The notes under the pieces were generated by a model. That model made no database searches and was not told where the DNA came from. It saw only the letters and a list, made by a program, of their open reading frames with translations. 64,000 bases of DNA from Methanomassiliicoccaceae archaeon (lineage in GTDB: Archaea; Thermoplasmatota; Thermoplasmata; Methanomassiliicoccales; Methanomassiliicoccaceae), in contig CAVSJV010000017.1 in assembly GCA_963728405.1 (NCBI GenBank), positions 32,001 through 96,000 on the forward strand, in the 5' to 3' direction. Made by a program: the position numbers and the translations under genes. Positions 62,829-64,000 of the stretch are shown piece after piece; the first letter of the stretch is position 1, and each line of letters starts with the position of its first letter.

Positions 62829-64000
62829 TCATTTCTTGAGTTTGGGTTTGCCGGTGGCGGTGGCGGTGATGTCCACCCAGTTTGTGAACTTCATCTCCTG
62901 CCCGTAGCCGTCGCAGAACCGATGCTCATCGACGTCAAGCTTGACCTTGACGTCGACCGCGCCGGTGACCTTCATCTTTTCCTTCACGTAGTACTCGGCA
63001 TAGGACTTGGCGGCGCTCATGGCCGAATCATAGTAAGTATATTCCATTGGTGACCCCCCCGGTCCGAACACGATGAACTTGCAGTCCTTGGGGTACACCT
63101 GCACGGACACGGTCTCCGATACCTGGCTAAGTACCGCTCCGACCGCGTTGCCCACGTCGAAGTTCTCGGGGACCACGACCTGGCAATCCATTCGAGATTC
63201 CAGGGGCTTGACGAACACATGGGCGGGGGCGCCGATGCCCACGATGGGCACCTTGGGCCTGACCCTGATCCCCAGGTCGTTCAGTGTCCCGGTGCCGATG
63301 GACGCTCGAAGCAGTAGATCGAACCCCTTCGACCCCGGCAGGTCCACGCCCTTGTCGACCACCGCCTTCTTGACTATCTCCTCCCCGATGCGGGTGACCA
63401 TCAGTTCCATGACCATCTCAGCTAGCTTTTCCGGCTCGGCGCCGTATTTGCCGGCAAAGACATTTAGCGCGACGATGGAGGCCTCCTTGTCCCCGGCCTC
63501 GTAGATTCCCTTGACATGCATTATGTCCGTCGGCGTCAGGCCGCTCTGGAGGATGTAACCGCGCTTCTTCAAGGATATTAGCTGGTCCTCCACGAACACC
63601 ACGTCATCGATCCCGTTGATCGCTTCGAACAAAGTGCAGGGCGCCTGTTGCCAGACGAACTCCAGTACGCGCTTCTCTTTAGAAGAGAGCGCTGCGGACG
63701 CCACTCTCAAAGGCATGAAGAAGGTGACCGTGTTGGCGGAGAGCATTTTCTCCCTCAGCACCGGATATACCTGGGCCGAGGTGGCCATGGGCACTACACG
63801 ATCGGGGCCGATGCTCAGGTCCCCCAGATCATCCATCCCCAGGCTGGAATCGCCTCCCAATCCACAGGTCCAGATGTCGATGGCTCGGACCCGTGTCCTC
63901 CATTTGCCGACCATTGCCCCTGCCTTGTTGATACGGGGAAAGCCGTCGGTGAGGTAAGCGATGTCGGTGGACGTGCCACCCAGATCGACGACCACGCAGC
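62829..64000 (-). CDS. Second hydantoinase/oxoprolinase A-type paralog, 5' end outside the window
   Basis: DLGGTSTD, GGDS, TPTD, GIGAP, GNAVGA. Confidence 0.85.
   Translation of the reverse strand, partial: CVVVDLGGTSTDIAYLTDGFPRINKAGAMVGKWRTRVRAIDIWTCGLGGDSSLGMDDLGDLSIGPDRVVPMATSAQVYPVLREKMLSANTVTFFMPLRVASAALSSKEKRVLEFVWQQAPCTLFEAINGIDDVVFVEDQLISLKKRGYILQSGLTPTDIMHVKGIYEAGDKEASIVALNVFAGKYGAEPEKLAEMVMELMVTRIGEEIVKKAVVDKGVDLPGSKGFDLLLRASIGTGTLNDLGIRVRPKVPIVGIGAPAHVFVKPLESRMDCQVVVPENFDVGNAVGAVLSQVSETVSVQVYPKDCKFIVFGPGGSPMEYTYYDSAMSAAKSYAEYYVKEKMKVTGAVDVKVKLDVDEHRFCDGYGQEMKFTNWVDITATATGKPKLKK

Overview
GC-rich archaeal DNA, most likely from a Methanomassiliicoccales (Thermoplasmatota) methanogen. 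This is inferred from the archaeal-type GAPDH, archease, FlaK-type peptidase, MEDS kinase, AGT-EndoV fusion, EhaR-like HAD, DGC proteins and TATA-box promoters. The window is mostly housekeeping genes: an Lrp-dapA-dapB-lysC-lysA-dapF-dapL lysine operon, ilvB-ilvN-ilvC, pgk, gap, thiL, panE, nadX, tldD/E, larA with an HdrD-like gene and folP, and mvaD. More than 20 single-base frameshifts, many in core genes, look like uncorrected long-read errors. Main observations: (1) a 23-codon Val/Ile/Leu-rich leader ORF and a switchable hairpin directly upstream of ilvB, resembling bacterial ribosome-mediated attenuation in an archaeon; (2) an IS605-type element (decayed tnpA, tnpB with intact RuvC motifs) inserted into the ATGA overlap between archease and mvaD without changing either protein; (3) a LAGLIDADG intein inside the CxxxCxxC motif of an AmmeMemoRadiSam radical SAM enzyme; (4) palindromic operators at the ADH-trpD and Lrp-dap promoters. 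All product calls come from motif recognition only; no database searches were run.
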